This document shows positions 62,024 through 64,000 of a DNA stretch of 64,000 nt, in pieces. The stretch's first letter is position 1; the number at the start of each line of letters is the position of its first letter. Origin of the DNA: Rhodosorus marinus CCMP1338. Its lineage: Eukaryota > Plantae > Rhodophyta. The translations under genes and the position numbers were made by a program. The notes under the pieces were generated by a model. The model was not told the origin of the DNA. It searched no databases and saw only the letters and a program-made list of their open reading frames with translations. The stretch is taken from the NCBI GenBank assembly GCA_029953675.1, contig JAMWBK010000010.1, positions 186,001 to 250,000 on the forward strand, in the 5' to 3' direction.

Positions 62024-62722
62024 TTACAATAGGTCGATGGAACCAGACTCCACCAGATCTCGGACCGGTTTATATCGTAGGCAATAGACATCACCGGCAC
62101 CCAAGTACAGCGCTTGGTCCGTAGGGTCATCGCTAATGGCCGTTGTACCCACGTTCTTCTTTACGTGGCAAAAGACAAACCGATTGAGTGCGGGGCCAGG
62201 ACTCATATCAACGTCACCATCTCTATCATCGACACTTCTGAGCTTTTCAGGAAGTTGGTCGAGAAAAGACGACTGAAAATGCGCTTCCATGAGCTTCACG
62301 AAGTTCTCCGCGTATTTAAACTCGTCAGTAGACAAGCGGCTTCGATACAATTCATCATGCAACGTCCTTTTGGCTCTGTGTTCGATTTTGAGTAGTCTGG
62401 ACCTCAAATAAGCCCTTAGGAGATACTTCACACGTCCGATCTCGATCTTTCGCAAGTGGAGCCCAAGTGAGTTTCTGGAAGGACCCGATGACCTGGCAAG
62501 TTCTTCCTCGTCAATGAGAGCATCTTGGACCTCAATAACCTCCTTCAATTCATGCACTAGGCTTGTCTCGAAAGGAAGAATCTCAGGCGAGAATTTTTCG
62601 TTCAGCATTGCCCGCTTCAGCTTGCGAATCTCCTGAGAGATTTCAGTGCTAATATCATCCTCCTGCGCCCAATCCTCCGGAAGGACGTCTGCCTCCTGTG
62701 TCCCATTCTCCTCCATCCCCAT
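62024..62722 (-). CDS. GINS4: GINS complex subunit 4 (Sld5), intronless
   Basis: AMLNEKFSPEILPFE...Q, EIGRVKYLLRAYLRSRLLKIE, LSTDEFKYA, PALNRFVFCHV, LRYKPVRDLV. Confidence 0.92.
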   Translation of the reverse strand: MGMEENGTQEADVLPEDWAQEDDISTEISQEIRKLKRAMLNEKFSPEILPFETSLVHELKEVIEVQDALIDEEELARSSGPSRNSLGLHLRKIEIGRVKYLLRAYLRSRLLKIEHRAKRTLHDELYRSRLSTDEFKYAENFVKLMEAHFQSSFLDQLPEKLRSVDDRDGDVDMSPGPALNRFVFCHVKKNVGTTAISDDPTDQALYLGAGDVYCLRYKPVRDLVESGSIDLL

Positions 62723-64000
62723 ACCGTTTCCAAACCTTTGCCTCTTCAAATTTCGAAGAATTATCTTATCCTCCAGAAGAACTATGCCTCACCTCACGGT
62801 ATGCACATCAACCCCGCAACTTTGATGCCATTGGCGAACCACAGAATGCTGTACTTCGTTTGGAGAACCCGATCGGTTGGAGCTGAGGGCCACACTCTAA
62901 TCCAGAGAGAATGGGAAGTCTCAACTCCAACAGCGTTCCAAATAACGAACAAGCTAACTCCCACTGAAAACACACCCGGCCCCAACTCTTCAGCCAAAAA
63001 TTAACAGAAAAAATCTGCGGCTCACTCTCACACAAACCTGCTCAGCAGCCACTGCCAAACCCATCCACACCGTCCCCCTCCAAGCCTCTTCAACGCTAAC
63101 CACGACGTCTGAAATAACTATTCAACCCTCTCCTCACTTCAACAGCAAGCCATTCCCTTCAACTCTCAAAACCGCAGAAACGTCTATCCTCGCTGCCTTC
63201 AACGAAAAGCCAATCCCTTCTCATCCACGTTTATTAGGCACCCTACACCCGTTCGTTCTCTACACAAACCCAAACCTACCCGCATCCAACTCCAACTCCC
63301 CCTTCCCTCCCCCTCCCACTCACCCCCACTAATTTAGTCCAAACAAAAGCCACTTTCATTCCTAACCGTTCCCCCCCTCTCTCCGGGTTGGAGATCGTGT
63401 CACAGAAGCAGACATCGATATTTGGGTTACACACACCCACATCCACCCCCCGTCATCTTCTACACCATCAACAACAAGAAAGTGACTTAACGTCAAAAAA
63501 TCTATATATATATTATTTAAATATCTTCAAGAGAGAAATTAAAAATGGGAGGATTTTTGGAAGGTTTGATATGAAAAGAATATCTTCGTATTTCGAATTG
63601 ATTCTCGAGATATGTAGTATTTTATTTCTTTTATACTCTATATTAGGATTATGAAAATAGGTAATAAGTTTGAGAAAAGATTTAAATTGGTGATTTGGAT
63701 TTTGTTTTTTACAAAACAGGGTTTGATCAATGGTCGTTGTTTGGATGCATATTGTTCTTGTCGATTTTACCGGGAAAATGGTTGTGGCCATGTTTATTTC
63801 CAGTTGTCTATTCCTCAGAAGTTTCTCTGCTGACCCTGAAGCATGATTGTCTTTGATTCCTCCATTTCTCAGAGACCGTGGCTGGTGCTAAAAAAAAGGA
63901 GCAGGAAACCGGTCTAGTCTCGATTTTGTGTACGACGTTCATAGGACCAGCTACTGGATAGACCTAGAAGCTATTCGCTAAGAAATTTATTCTGCATTGT

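Overview
Eukaryotic nuclear DNA, most plausibly a compact red-algal genome (inference from short ~80-115 bp GT-AG introns, plastid-targeted CCB3 and ALAD with simple N-terminal extensions, and a secreted Hint/Hog protein). About 14 host genes are present: I9 inhibitor, golgin-84-like, RNase H2C, Hog protein, SF3B6, exportin-T, CCB3, SAM synthetase, TPK K+ channel, ALAD/HemB, membrane-anchored aspartic protease, GINS4/Sld5 and 2-3 hypotheticals. Roughly 40% of the window is non-LTR retrotransposon DNA of the REL-endonuclease type (CRE-like by motif). Family C is one near-full-length element at 5.3-10.5 kb plus a decayed relative at 60-61.7 kb. Two sister families, called A and B here, occur only as 5'-truncated pieces. 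They form a nest at 32.5-35.3 kb and a ~15.5 kb mosaic at 40.4-56.0 kb that has also fragmented a Ty3/gypsy pol. The most unusual signals are in A/B. Family A ends in (ATC)n and family B in the complementary (TGA)n. Some insertions consist only of the last 3-4 nt plus the tail, with target-site duplications. At least five events coincide at one site inside family A's own ORF. Short templated or fold-back inverted insertions also recur, including an antisense copy of CCB3 sequence just after the SAM synthetase stop. No rRNA, tRNA or CRISPR array was recognised. Exon coordinates were read by eye and gene ends may be off by a few bases.
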